Positions 21,195 to 29,316 of a stretch of 30,007 nt of DNA are shown here, piece after piece. A model generated the notes under the pieces. It did not search any database. It was not told the origin of the DNA and saw nothing but the letters and a program-made list of their open reading frames with translations. Made by a program: the position numbers and the translations under genes. The stretch is from a virus (lineage: Duplodnaviria; Heunggongvirae; Uroviricota; Caudoviricetes). Positions within the stretch are counted from its first letter, which is position 1. Every line of letters starts with the position of its first letter. The stretch lies in IMG/VR virus record IMGVR_UViG_2667527770_000007; one strand, given 5' to 3'.

Positions 21195-21947
21195 TTATCT
21201 TGTCACTTTTCTCAATTGTGTCTCTGCATATGCTTCTTCCTGCCAGCACTTTGTAACCAGTTTATCAATGACACCTGCATATCCTTTGTACCACTGATAA
21301 TCCGTCAGGTCCGGTACCAGCTTCTGGACATGATGCCGCGCCAGTGTGGTTGGTAAACGGCTAAACCGGTTTCCATTGCAACGCCCACAAATCTTATAAA
21401 CAGGCGTGCCATGAAGCCGGGTTCTTTTTTCATCCAGGACAATACCTTTACCCTTACACCCTCTGCACGCTGTGCTGACTTCTCCCTTACCATGACAATG
21501 CTGACATAGTTCCTTCACCCACTCCTCCTTGATAACAGATTCACCGCTTCTGGAGTGTTTCACCACTTCGCGCAATACATTATGAAATCCAGTACCAGCA
21601 CAATGCTCACAGCGAGCCTTACTTGCCGCAGACCTGGAATAATCAGCAAAGGCAAAATTCACAAGGTAAGGAATGATCTGTAGCCGGGTTTCTTCACTCA
21701 ATTTATTCAATGTCGGGTTATCCAGTGCCATCGCGTAATTGAGCAGACCTTCAATCGCAAACTGAGGATCCTGAACACCAACTTTTGCCAGGAATAAGGC
21801 AAAACCCAGTGGTGCTTTCGACTGCACCATCCCCTGCGCAGCCATCACATCCGTAATCGTTAAACCACCAGAGCCTGTCGCCGGTGCGTCATCGCTCAAT
21901 TTTGGAGATTTTGGGGAGTAATATTTTGGTAAGGCTTCAAGGTTCAT
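21195..21947 (-). CDS. Late-gene antitermination protein Q
   Basis: 250 aa with Cys-rich Zn-binding-like motifs (CEHCAGTG...CQHCHGKG...CRGCKGKG...CGRCNG); located upstream of the PR'/tR' module and lysis genes. Confidence 0.7.
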   Translation of the reverse strand: MNLEALPKYYSPKSPKLSDDAPATGSGGLTITDVMAAQGMVQSKAPLGFALFLAKVGVQDPQFAIEGLLNYAMALDNPTLNKLSEETRLQIIPYLVNFAFADYSRSAASKARCEHCAGTGFHNVLREVVKHSRSGESVIKEEWVKELCQHCHGKGEVSTACRGCKGKGIVLDEKRTRLHGTPVYKICGRCNGNRFSRLPTTLARHHVQKLVPDLTDYQWYKGYAGVIDKLVTKCWQEEAYAETQLRKVTR

Positions 21948-21960
21948 GCTCGTTCTCCAC

Positions 21961-22956
21961 TTACGCCAGTACGCCTATTGCCAGCGCACGATCGATAAAA
22001 CGAAATATCAGCTCCAGCTGGGAGCCATACTTCTCTTCAAATGCCACGGTATCCGCATGCAGCTCGTCGTGATGCTTTCTGCACAAAGGCAACACAAAAA
22101 GGTCATGCGCTTTTGTACCCATTCCACCCTGACCGTGGCCTATCAGGTGGTGGGGATCATCAGCAGGCTTTCCACAACATGCACACGGCTGTGTCTTAAC
22201 CCAGCGCGTGTACTTTTCATTAACCCAGCGGCGACGTTTTGGGCGTAACATAAAAGACTCCGGCGACTCCGGATCCACTTTCAGCGCCAGCACCTTTTTC
22301 GCCTTATCCTGGATGATGCTGGTGGCAGGAACCGAAGGCACAAGGTCACTTTCCCGGGTAACAGACGGCACAACAGGCTTCGGTAATCTCAGTGCCTTAC
22401 GGGCTGCACTTTCCGGTAAGGCATCCGCCAGATCATTACGAATCAGCCACCAGCACAGTTCCGGCATTGTCACAACGTGACTGTCATCAAAACCGAGATC
22501 CCGACGCACAACAGACAACACCCAGCGGGCACAGTTATCCGTTGCCATTGATTCCAGCCGTTCCGTGAACTGATCGCGCAGCTGGTTATCGCAGTGCCAG
22601 CACAGACGGATTGCACCCGGAGCGTGTCGCATTGTGGTCATGTTCTCGCTGTGCCAGTCGGAATGAGGCCACTGGCAGCCTTTTTCACGAAGTAACCAGC
22701 TTTCAAGACATTCCACGCCACCAGCACGACGGATCACTGCCTCATTGCGGAACACGGCCCGAACGGCAGGATCATCCGCCAGCGGTTGTGATGCCGCCGG
22801 AACGGCACCACTGGCGAAAGATGAATAACGCTCCGGCTCAGGCTCCAGCAGGACACGCCCCTGCATAAACAGGGGCATCAGCTCTGAACCTGGCCTGAAC
22901 AATACGATCCCCATACGCGGGGCAATTTCAGGGGTCAGTAGTGCTCTCACGGTCAC
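21961..22956 (-). CDS. nin-region protein, DUF968-like with C-terminal HNH-type Cys/His motif
   Basis: 331 aa; C-terminus ...CACCGKPADDPHHLIGHGQGG...LPLCRKHHDELH. Family name is from memory. Confidence 0.5.
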   Translation of the reverse strand: MTVRALLTPEIAPRMGIVLFRPGSELMPLFMQGRVLLEPEPERYSSFASGAVPAASQPLADDPAVRAVFRNEAVIRRAGGVECLESWLLREKGCQWPHSDWHSENMTTMRHAPGAIRLCWHCDNQLRDQFTERLESMATDNCARWVLSVVRRDLGFDDSHVVTMPELCWWLIRNDLADALPESAARKALRLPKPVVPSVTRESDLVPSVPATSIIQDKAKKVLALKVDPESPESFMLRPKRRRWVNEKYTRWVKTQPCACCGKPADDPHHLIGHGQGGMGTKAHDLFVLPLCRKHHDELHADTVAFEEKYGSQLELIFRFIDRALAIGVLA

Positions 22957-22957
22957 C

Positions 22958-23767
22958 TCAATGAACGGTATCGAGCAGCTTTAACAGCTCAGGGAATCGG
23001 GATTCGAAGAAATGCGGCTGCGTCTCGCGCGGATTTGCGGGACTGGTGATGTTCTTGCCGAACATGCAACCTTTCGCTGTCAGCGACCAGAATTTTTTGA
23101 TGTTGTTAATCGCGGTACGGCTGTATCGTTCGCGCTGCTCGACGATCCCCAGTTTCACCATCTGGTGATATGCCTGATTAGCCGTCAGGCGTATACCATA
23201 CTGTTTCAGCAGTGCACTCAGTGACAGTGTCGGGCGACTTGAGCCATCGTGTGCATCAGCAGGAGCATCAATGGCATAGCGCGGTGCCAGATTCGGTAAG
23301 CCAACAGCCTCCTGGAGTTTCTGACAGGCACCAAGCACTGAAGAGTTAGACAGGTTTAACTCCCGGCGCATAAAGTCCAGCAGGATCACGCCAGCCTGCA
23401 TCTTGTCAGCAGCCTGTCCGGATAATTTTTCCGGTGCGCTGGTTACCATATCGAAAGTACGGATCACCTTCAGATGGAATGACGGGCTGATCCACATTGC
23501 ATAGGCATACACCAGTTCCTTGCAGACATACGTTCCCCGTTCATTTCCCCCATGAATCACACTCACCGGGTCAACACCCAAATTCTGGGTGTTGGTCAAT
23601 TCATGAACAAGCTCAACAGTTTGTTGGCTGGAAAGAAACTTTCCCGGCTCCTTGGTTCTGGCATTTGCACCAGATGTTACTGCTGCGCGATGCAGATCGT
23701 TCAGGCTGTAACGCCCATAAGCATCACGACGAACTTCAATACCATCAATGACCATCAGATTATTCAT
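22958..23767 (-). CDS. KilA-N domain protein / antirepressor (Ant)-like
   Basis: Start chosen at the second Met (MNNLMVIDGIEVRRDAYGRYSLNDLHRA...), which is preceded by GAGGAG; KilA-N-like N-terminus with a Bro/Ant-like C-terminal region. Confidence 0.6.
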   Translation of the reverse strand: MNNLMVIDGIEVRRDAYGRYSLNDLHRAAVTSGANARTKEPGKFLSSQQTVELVHELTNTQNLGVDPVSVIHGGNERGTYVCKELVYAYAMWISPSFHLKVIRTFDMVTSAPEKLSGQAADKMQAGVILLDFMRRELNLSNSSVLGACQKLQEAVGLPNLAPRYAIDAPADAHDGSSRPTLSLSALLKQYGIRLTANQAYHQMVKLGIVEQRERYSRTAINNIKKFWSLTAKGCMFGKNITSPANPRETQPHFFESRFPELLKLLDTVH

Positions 23768-23786
23768 ACTTCGTTTCTCCTCTTGA

Positions 23787-24176
23787 TCAGGCGGCTGCAC
23801 CCGCCGTTTTCTCGTACTTACTGATAGTGATCTCGACCTTCCCTTTCGGGATAACCGGTCCCCACTCCACCAGCATTCTTTTCACCTGACTGTCGTCTTC
23901 CCACACACCCGCATGGGTCAGGGCGTCAAACAGCGCCTTGTTATAGTTGTCCAGATCGCGGATCCGGTTATCCGGAGGAAACAACACGATCTCCACTGAA
24001 GCAGGTGCCGACGTTGGTTTCGGCAGACGACGTAACTGCTCAACTATTGCTGCGCACGCCGCGCTCTGGAATTTTCGCCCCGCCGCGCTTATCAGGCTCT
24101 TACCAGCAAACGCCCCTTTGTTGGGGTGTCGCCAGTACGTGTTCACGCTGGGCGGAAAAGGCAGGATCAGCTTCAT
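23787..24176 (-). CDS. rusA: Holliday-junction resolvase RusA
   Basis: 129 aa (MKLILPFPPSVNTYWRH...RIRDLDNYNKALFDAL...) matching the RusA family pattern. Confidence 0.85.
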   Translation of the reverse strand: MKLILPFPPSVNTYWRHPNKGAFAGKSLISAAGRKFQSAACAAIVEQLRRLPKPTSAPASVEIVLFPPDNRIRDLDNYNKALFDALTHAGVWEDDSQVKRMLVEWGPVIPKGKVEITISKYEKTAGAAA

Positions 24177-24499
24177 ACTTTCAGGTCCCTCTCATGTAAC
24201 CAGTGGGTTGCACGCAGCCTTGCGTTTTCCTCACCGGCAAGCAGTGCGCGGATAATCCCGACAGCCTCGCTGTCGTCGTCCTTCACCGCGGTATGAAGCG
24301 TTATCCCCCGGGCCACGCCACGCTTTATCGTGATGACGCCTTTTTTCTCCAGTGCGCGAAGATGTTCCACCGCTGCATTCACTGAACGGTATCCCAGCAT
24401 GGTTGCCACCTCCTGATTGGTTGGCGGGAAGCCACGTTCTTTCTGATAAGAAATCAGCATATCCAGCACCTGCTGCTGGCATTGAGTTAACGTCGTCAT
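24173..24499 (-). CDS. LexA-like winged-helix DNA-binding protein (regulator; no peptidase domain)
   Basis: 108 aa; N-terminus LTQCQQQVLDMLISYQKERGFPPTNQEVATMLGYRSVNAAVEHLRALEKKGVI resembles the LexA N-terminal DNA-binding domain. Confidence 0.5.
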   Translation of the reverse strand: MTTLTQCQQQVLDMLISYQKERGFPPTNQEVATMLGYRSVNAAVEHLRALEKKGVITIKRGVARGITLHTAVKDDDSEAVGIIRALLAGEENARLRATHWLHERDLKV

Positions 24500-25149
24500 G
24501 CCGCCATCTCCCTGACCAGTTTTTCCGCCTGCTGGCGAACCTGCGCCAGAAACGCCTCACCACATGCCTCAAGTTCATCGCGCCCGATGTAGCTGATTGC
24601 CGGTCCCTTCCAGGTCTTGTCGAAAACAGCAATAGCACCAGCGAAGAACGCTCCTGTCGGCACCTGCTTCTCATCCTTCGGGATAAACCAGGCAGGCAGT
24701 TCAAAACCAATACGCCCGCGAATAAAAGCAATATGGTCTGCATCTTCCGGCCACCAAACTTCGCTGGTGGCAGCTTTGATCAGGAAAACATAGCGCCCGC
24801 CCTTATCACGCATGGCACTGGCATGCTTCATGATGTAACGCATGCCGGTGATGTATTGCCCCTCATGCTGACTGGCGCGGCTGTATGGGGGATTACCAAA
24901 GGCAGCACCTTTAAGCTCCGCAAGACGTTCTGACCAGTCATGCGCCAGCGCGTTGTCTTCCGCCGTGTAATACGCAGCACATTTGGCGTTATCACCGTCA
25001 GTGAACAGATCCAGAACAAACGGGCCAAACAGGGTGTTAATTCCCCAGAAAATGTTGTCCGGCGTGCGCCACTGATCACCTACTTCCTTCAGTTCATGGG
25101 CTGGTTTGTTCCGCAGTTCCACCAGCGCCTGGCAATATTTATTACTCAT
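24496..25149 (-). CDS. Phage DNA N6-adenine methyltransferase (Dam-type)
   Basis: Contains the NPPY catalytic motif (AAFGNPPYS). Start taken at the internal ATG (MSNKYCQ...) that overlaps the upstream stop as TAATG; the ORF track extends it to 25182. Confidence 0.75.
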   Translation of the reverse strand: MSNKYCQALVELRNKPAHELKEVGDQWRTPDNIFWGINTLFGPFVLDLFTDGDNAKCAAYYTAEDNALAHDWSERLAELKGAAFGNPPYSRASQHEGQYITGMRYIMKHASAMRDKGGRYVFLIKAATSEVWWPEDADHIAFIRGRIGFELPAWFIPKDEKQVPTGAFFAGAIAVFDKTWKGPAISYIGRDELEACGEAFLAQVRQQAEKLVREMAA

Positions 25150-25643
25150 TAAGCCCCCACGTAATTCCCTGACAGATACCACTCATCACCCGATACAGCG
25201 CGCTTGCTGCTTTTCCGTAAACACTGCTCACGACGCGCCAGAAAATTGTTGCGTTCTGGCTGGGAGTGGCTTTCACGGAATGCCGCCATCCACACCGTTG
25301 CAGCACGACGGTATAAGCCCCTGGACTCCAGTTCTTCCGCCTGGCGGGTCAGGCACAAAATCACCCGGGGATCGTTAGTGCCGACATAGAAATTGCGCAC
25401 AGGTCTGGTTTCACGAACTGGTTGTGGTTCCGGCTCCTGCGCTCTCTCGGTCAGGCGTGGGAAATGTCTGCGTGTATCTCCTTCACAACGGTGAGCCACA
25501 CGCCCACTCTGACGTAACTTGCTTGCTGACTGCAGAACGCGCTGCCGTGAGTAACCTGCAAAAGCATCCGCAATGTCTCCGGAAGTACACCCCGGATGGG
25601 CTTCAATGAATTTCTGAACTTCATTCAAAAGACTCATGATCAC
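25149..25643 (-). CDS. PerC-like transcriptional regulator family protein
   Basis: 164 aa; C-terminal region (...LYRRAATVWMAAFRES...RREQCLRKS) resembles PerC/Pch proteins as I recall them. Confidence 0.4.
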   Translation of the reverse strand: MIMSLLNEVQKFIEAHPGCTSGDIADAFAGYSRQRVLQSASKLRQSGRVAHRCEGDTRRHFPRLTERAQEPEPQPVRETRPVRNFYVGTNDPRVILCLTRQAEELESRGLYRRAATVWMAAFRESHSQPERNNFLARREQCLRKSSKRAVSGDEWYLSGNYVGA

Positions 25644-26632
25644 CCCCTGAATCCTGCCGGGATCTGGCTGTAGTCCACGTTGTCGTAACTGGCTTTGAAG
25701 TACGGGTCTTCACGTTTTTCTGTGTGCGTGCTGACGGACGGCGATAAGCGCAGGGAAAGCTCATCCCATTTTTCCCGCAACTTCGACGGGCTGAGCACGT
25801 TACGGCACCAGAACGGATCGCGGCTGACGCGGCTGTACATCTCGCAGATTTGTTTGTGAGTACGACCATCCTGCACACACATCAGGCGAATTTCGTTTGC
25901 CCATGCTGTCCAGTTCGGCTCTTTGGGACGAACCACCTCGCCGTCACATTCGGCGGCCTGCTCGTACAGGGCGATGATTTTTTTCCAGAGCCACTGTGCG
26001 CAGGTCAAATCATCCTGCGTTCCCCACTGGCGCTTTTTAGGGCTGAATACAACCGCATCAGGATGGCGAGTTAAAAACTCCTGTTCAGCCGTTTGCGTGT
26101 CCGGTTGCGAAGCGTCCGGACGAGAAGAGGTTTTATTCTCTGTAGTAATCTCTGTTGTATTCTCTGTAAGATCATTGGGCCATTTTGACCCGATGACAGC
26201 GTGTCGTTTTGAACCAATGGATCGTGTCATTTTGCGCCCATCCATCAGGTCACTTTGACCCGATGGAGAAGTGCATTTTGACCTGATGGATTCGTTCACT
26301 TTGACCTCTTCTAAAAGCTCACTTTCATAGTTGATCGTGTAGAAGTTGGTCATGTCACGCTTCGATTTATTGAGTTGCTCGCGACGCAAAACTCCAAGTG
26401 ATTTCAGGCTTGCAAATGTGCGTTTCAGAGTGGACTCTGACCAGAACGGAAACTGCTCCAGCCACTGTTCTGTCGTGTTATAAACCCAGCGAATTCCGCC
26501 ATGCTCAGTGCCTGAATTCGTTTCATTCAGCCAGTAATGAAGCTGCTGCAACACAATTGCCTCATTCAGACCAATACGGCATGCAAGATCACGATTTATC
26601 ACAATGGGCTGGGATGTCATTAACAGGCTCAT
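25640..26632 (-). CDS. Replication initiator (lambda O-like) with internal origin iterons
   Basis: 330 aa with N-terminal winged-helix-like region and a central low-complexity linker encoded by the iteron repeats; first replication gene after the CII-position genes. C-terminal DnaT-like resemblance is tentative. Confidence 0.7.
   Translation of the reverse strand: MSLLMTSQPIVINRDLACRIGLNEAIVLQQLHYWLNETNSGTEHGGIRWVYNTTEQWLEQFPFWSESTLKRTFASLKSLGVLRREQLNKSKRDMTNFYTINYESELLEEVKVNESIRSKCTSPSGQSDLMDGRKMTRSIGSKRHAVIGSKWPNDLTENTTEITTENKTSSRPDASQPDTQTAEQEFLTRHPDAVVFSPKKRQWGTQDDLTCAQWLWKKIIALYEQAAECDGEVVRPKEPNWTAWANEIRLMCVQDGRTHKQICEMYSRVSRDPFWCRNVLSPSKLREKWDELSLRLSPSVSTHTEKREDPYFKASYDNVDYSQIPAGFRG
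26181..26313. repeat. Replication origin iterons: six ~17-bp direct repeats (consensus CAyTTTGACCyGATGGA) at 23-24-bp spacing inside the O-like gene
   Basis: Repeats seen in sequence starting at 26181, 26205, 26228, 26251, 26274 and 26297. Confidence 0.75.
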
Positions 26633-26641
26633 GACCGACCT

Positions 26642-26980
26642 CTATTTCCCTGAATTTACGACGAAACTGCTCGAGCGGACTGAAGCATTCATGTTCATAG
26701 CCTTCACGGAGGTAGATAACCCGTTGTGTTTCCGGCTCCCAACGAATGACTCTGACGGGCACTCCGTAGTGATCTTTGAACCAGCGGTTAACTTGTCGCA
26801 AAGGACTGTCTCCTTCTGCCGGTTGAAATCACCCACAGCCCACTCTGCAAAGCTGTGGGTTACAATTTCCCTGTCACCTGGTACATTCACTGCATAGCAA
26901 TACTCCACCTTCGCTTTTCCACCCGGTACAGGAAGCGCAATCAGTTGCGAGCGACGGTAGTGTGTTGTTAAACTGTTCAT
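26642..26980 (-). CDS. Hypothetical protein, probably frameshifted (C-terminal half better encoded in the overlapping frame 26589-26801)
   Basis: 112-aa ORF whose C-terminal 50 aa are low-complexity and Ser-rich, while the overlapping frame gives a protein-like sequence ([39 protein letters not shown]...) that only begins at a TTG. Confidence 0.4.
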   Translation of the reverse strand: MNSLTTHYRRSQLIALPVPGGKAKVEYCYAVNVPGDREIVTHSFAEWAVGDFNRQKETVLCDKLTAGSKITTECPSESFVGSRKHNGLSTSVKAMNMNASVRSSSFVVNSGK

Positions 26981-27561
26981 GCGTTAGTTTCTCCACAACC
27001 AGAAGCAATCGACGCCACGACGCCCGGAGCTGCACACTCGCGGGCGTTACTCTTTTCCGGCGCACAAAAAACACGAAATAACAGTGTTAAATGCTCCTGC
27101 CACTTCGCCATTACTTGGTAGCTGTTCTCTTCGATTTGCTCACGCTCAGCTTGGTCAATAACTCCATCAGCAGTTGCCTTGCGTAAGTACTGGGAATGCT
27201 TGCCAATCCATTCTATTGACTCCATCAGCCGCTGATTAATGTCACCATTGTCAATGTCATCAATGACCACCAGCGGCACAAACACCCCATTACTACGACG
27301 GGCTATTGCATCTGTTACATGCCTGGTACCACTGGCATCCTGTAAAACCATGGCCCACTCAAGTGGAAAAATTTGATCCCCACCGCTACGCAGTCTGTTA
27401 TGCAATTGATCTTTTGCTGGGGTGATATCATCAGATTTATACAAACCAAGAATTTCTGCTGCTTCCTCATAGCCATGAGGTAAATCAGCAATCGTTCTTC
27501 GTATTGCTGCCACCAGCCATGCTGGTTGTTTATCAACTTTCCATTCAGGTTCTTTACCCAC
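26977..27561 (-). CDS. CII-position early regulatory protein (possibly YdaT-like)
   Basis: 194-aa ORF immediately downstream of the Cro-like gene. Assignment is positional; family membership not verified. Confidence 0.35.
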   Translation of the reverse strand: MGKEPEWKVDKQPAWLVAAIRRTIADLPHGYEEAAEILGLYKSDDITPAKDQLHNRLRSGGDQIFPLEWAMVLQDASGTRHVTDAIARRSNGVFVPLVVIDDIDNGDINQRLMESIEWIGKHSQYLRKATADGVIDQAEREQIEENSYQVMAKWQEHLTLLFRVFCAPEKSNARECAAPGVVASIASGCGETNA

Positions 27562-27588
27562 GGTTAATTCCTCATTTCTGTGGTGTTT

Positions 27589-27786
27589 TTATGCCGCAGC
27601 ACTGTTAGTCTTTTGATATAAAGACACGTCAACTTTCAGTTTCCCGTTAGTAATTTTTTCTAACTGGTACGCTCGGCCTTCAGGAATAATCTCAGGCCAC
27701 TCTGAAACAGACGGATGCTTAATACCTAGGGCTTCGGCGGTTTTACAAACTCCGCCGAAATAATTAATCACGTCGGATTTCCGCAT
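27589..27786 (-). CDS. cro: Cro-like repressor (YdaS/Cro-type HTH)
   Basis: 65 aa (...FGGVCKTAEALGIKHPSVSEWPEIIPEGRAYQLEKITNGKLKVD...), divergent from cI across an operator region. Confidence 0.7.
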   Translation of the reverse strand: MRKSDVINYFGGVCKTAEALGIKHPSVSEWPEIIPEGRAYQLEKITNGKLKVDVSLYQKTNSAAA

Positions 27787-27818
27787 TTCTGTCTCCCGTT
27801 AAATTACGTTAAGCAGAA

Positions 27819-27883
27819 ATGTAGGATATCCAACATACCAATGTCAAGAATCCTACATGGGCATGTGGTAGGATTGCCTACAT
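27819..27883. promoter_or_regulatory. OR operator region: three operators with half-site ATGTAGGA (OR1 27819-27836, OR2 27841-27858, OR3 27863-27883); PR for cro on the minus strand (-35 TTGACA at 27843-27848, -10 TACATT at 27819-27824); probable PRM with cI starting at or next to the transcript 5' end
   Basis: Near-perfect 18-bp palindrome ATGTAGGATATCCAACAT and two related sites at ~22-bp spacing between the divergent cro and cI starts; consensus hexamers with 18-bp spacer. Confidence 0.7.
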
Positions 27884-28535
27884 GATGAACATGAGTGATC
27901 GTATTCGCCAAAGGCGAAAAGAACTGAACCTGACACAACAAGCACTGGCTGATTTGACTGGTGTGAACCGTGTCACGGTTACTGGATGGGAAAAGGACGA
28001 CTACCAACCAAATGGAGCCAACCTTCAAGCCCTAGCCAACGCACTTAAATGCGATCCTCTGTGGCTTGTTAGCGGAAAAGGCTCGCCTGAACCAAAGATA
28101 AATCTAAAACCTGAAATATTCGCAGTTAAAAAAGTCCCCCTCATCTCGTGGGTTCAGGCGGGTTCATGGACAATGACGGAGCCTGGTGTCAGGAAAGAAG
28201 ATGCTGAAGAGTGGGTTTATACTACCGCCCTTGTATCAGAAATGGCATTTGCACTACGGGTCCGTGGTGATTCAATGACCAATCCCCTCGGCTCACCATC
28301 GATACCAGAAGGTTCTATCGTTATCGTAGAGCCAGATATTATTGATACAGAGTGTATTAACGGAAAAATCGTTGTTGCCCATATCAATGGTGGGCAAGAA
28401 GCGACACTCAAAAAATTTGTTGAGGACTGGCCGAACAGGTATCTCGTCCCACTAAATCCTAACTATAAAACTATTGAATGCGGTGAGAACTGCAGAATAG
28501 TTGGTCTTGTCAAACAAGTAATAATGGATTTTTGA
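27882..28535 (+). CDS. cI: CI-type prophage repressor (HTH_XRE N-terminal domain + S24 LexA-like peptidase domain)
   Basis: 217 aa; HTH region (LNLTQQALADLTGVNRVTVTGWEKDD) and S24 autocleavage domain with GDSM Ser motif and downstream Lys (ATLKKF). Confidence 0.85.
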   Translation: MMNMSDRIRQRRKELNLTQQALADLTGVNRVTVTGWEKDDYQPNGANLQALANALKCDPLWLVSGKGSPEPKINLKPEIFAVKKVPLISWVQAGSWTMTEPGVRKEDAEEWVYTTALVSEMAFALRVRGDSMTNPLGSPSIPEGSIVIVEPDIIDTECINGKIVVAHINGGQEATLKKFVEDWPNRYLVPLNPNYKTIECGENCRIVGLVKQVIMDF

Positions 28536-28555
28536 CACATCTTCCTCACTATCGC

Positions 28556-28582
28556 AAAACCGGGGTATCCCCGGTTTTTTTA
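28556..28582 (+). terminator. Intrinsic terminator downstream of cI
   Basis: AAAA-CCGGGG-TAT-CCCCGG-TTTTTTT: perfect 6-bp GC stem, 3-nt loop and 7-T tract, 20 nt after the cI stop; A-tract upstream suggests it may act in both directions. Confidence 0.8.
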
Positions 28583-28597
28583 TGAGCCTATCTTTTT

Positions 28598-28651
28598 ATG
28601 TAGGATAACCAACATAAACTCTTGACACTCACATGTTGGATATCCTACATT
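28598..28651 (+). promoter_or_regulatory. OL/PL: two operators (28598-28615 ATGTAGGATAACCAACAT; 28633-28650 ATGTTGGATATCCTACAT) flanking a rightward promoter (-35 TTGACA 28622-28627, 18-bp spacer, -10 TACATT 28646-28651)
   Basis: The second operator is the exact reverse complement of OR1; promoter architecture is identical to PR. Seen directly in sequence. Confidence 0.7.
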
Positions 28652-28661
28652 TGTTTTTAGA

Positions 28662-28676
28662 GTTGTGGTGAATGCG
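28662..28676 (+). repeat. 15-nt motif GTTGTGGTGAATGCG, copy 1 (at the predicted start of the PL transcript), followed by hairpin GCGCA-GGCTGA-TGCGC
   Basis: Exact 15/15 direct repeat with copy 2 at 29317-29331. Confidence 0.5.
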
Positions 28677-28768
28677 CAGGCTGATGCGCGAAAGACATTG
28701 CAGCTATTGCGGAAAAGAGCTGTTCGGCGGGGCCATTAAACGCCCGTATCTGGAGGTTAAAGAACAAA

Positions 28769-29044
28769 ATGAAAGTCCAGATTTTAAACAATAGTGGTGA
28801 AGTCGTTTGGTCATACGACATAGCCGCTCCTGTAGATCAGAGCGGCGATAGCTGGACCAATGGGAAACATCAGATTATGGCTGGAGTTGTATTCTCTTTA
28901 CGCCGTGCTTTGGAACAGGCTGAAGTATTTCCATCAGACCCTGAATGGAAATGGCCTTTTTCTATTTGTCCAAATTCGGAGAGTACATTTCAGAAAATTG
29001 GTCAGAAAGTCGCACTCGAAGAGCATCAGCCAACTGTTTCCTGA
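28769..29044 (+). CDS. Hypothetical protein, first sizeable ORF of the PL (early-left) operon
   Basis: 91-aa ORF with GGAGG 12 nt upstream; its 3' end overlaps the convergent ORF 28962-29207 by 83 nt, so the C-terminal extent is uncertain. Confidence 0.4.
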   Translation: MKVQILNNSGEVVWSYDIAAPVDQSGDSWTNGKHQIMAGVVFSLRRALEQAEVFPSDPEWKWPFSICPNSESTFQKIGQKVALEEHQPTVS

Positions 29045-29207
29045 TTTTTTCAGGTAGCTCGTCGGCATCGCAGAAACAACAACGCTCGATCATGTTGAAA
29101 GCCGATTCGTAGAACTGTTTCTGCTGAGTGTCGCTGAGACAGGAAAAGAGCGACGTTACGATGATTTTATTAATTGCATTATCAAGTTCTTTTTCATCAA
29201 AAGTCAT
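28962..29207 (-). CDS. Hypothetical protein encoded antisense to the PL operon
   Basis: 81-aa ORF (MTFDEKELDNAINKIIVTSLFSCLSDTQQKQFYESAFNMIERCCFCDADELPEK...) with a good RBS (AAAAGGAAAA, 6 nt before ATG). Confidence 0.45.
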   Translation of the reverse strand: MTFDEKELDNAINKIIVTSLFSCLSDTQQKQFYESAFNMIERCCFCDADELPEKIRKQLADALRVRLSDQFSEMYSPNLDK

Positions 29208-29316
29208 TTGATTTTCCTTTTATGTATACGGGCTTAAAAGGATACCACCGAGCCTGAAGTGGTGAAAAGACAGGCACATAACAGCTAAGTATTTTCAACC
29301 AAAGAGAATCCTTAGC

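Noticed and set aside
24231-24933. ORFs 24231-24743 (-) and 24352-24933 (+) overlapping the Dam and LexA-like genes
   Set aside because: Arg-rich, non-protein-like composition; they overlap well-supported genes in other frames.
26181-26313. Possibility that the regularly spaced repeats are a CRISPR array
   Set aside because: Repeats are only ~17 bp with 6-7 bp between them, are degenerate, lie inside a coding sequence, and match the classic iteron arrangement of an origin; no cas genes present.
28217-28411. Minus-strand 64-aa ORF inside cI
   Set aside because: Antisense to a confident repressor gene; no support.
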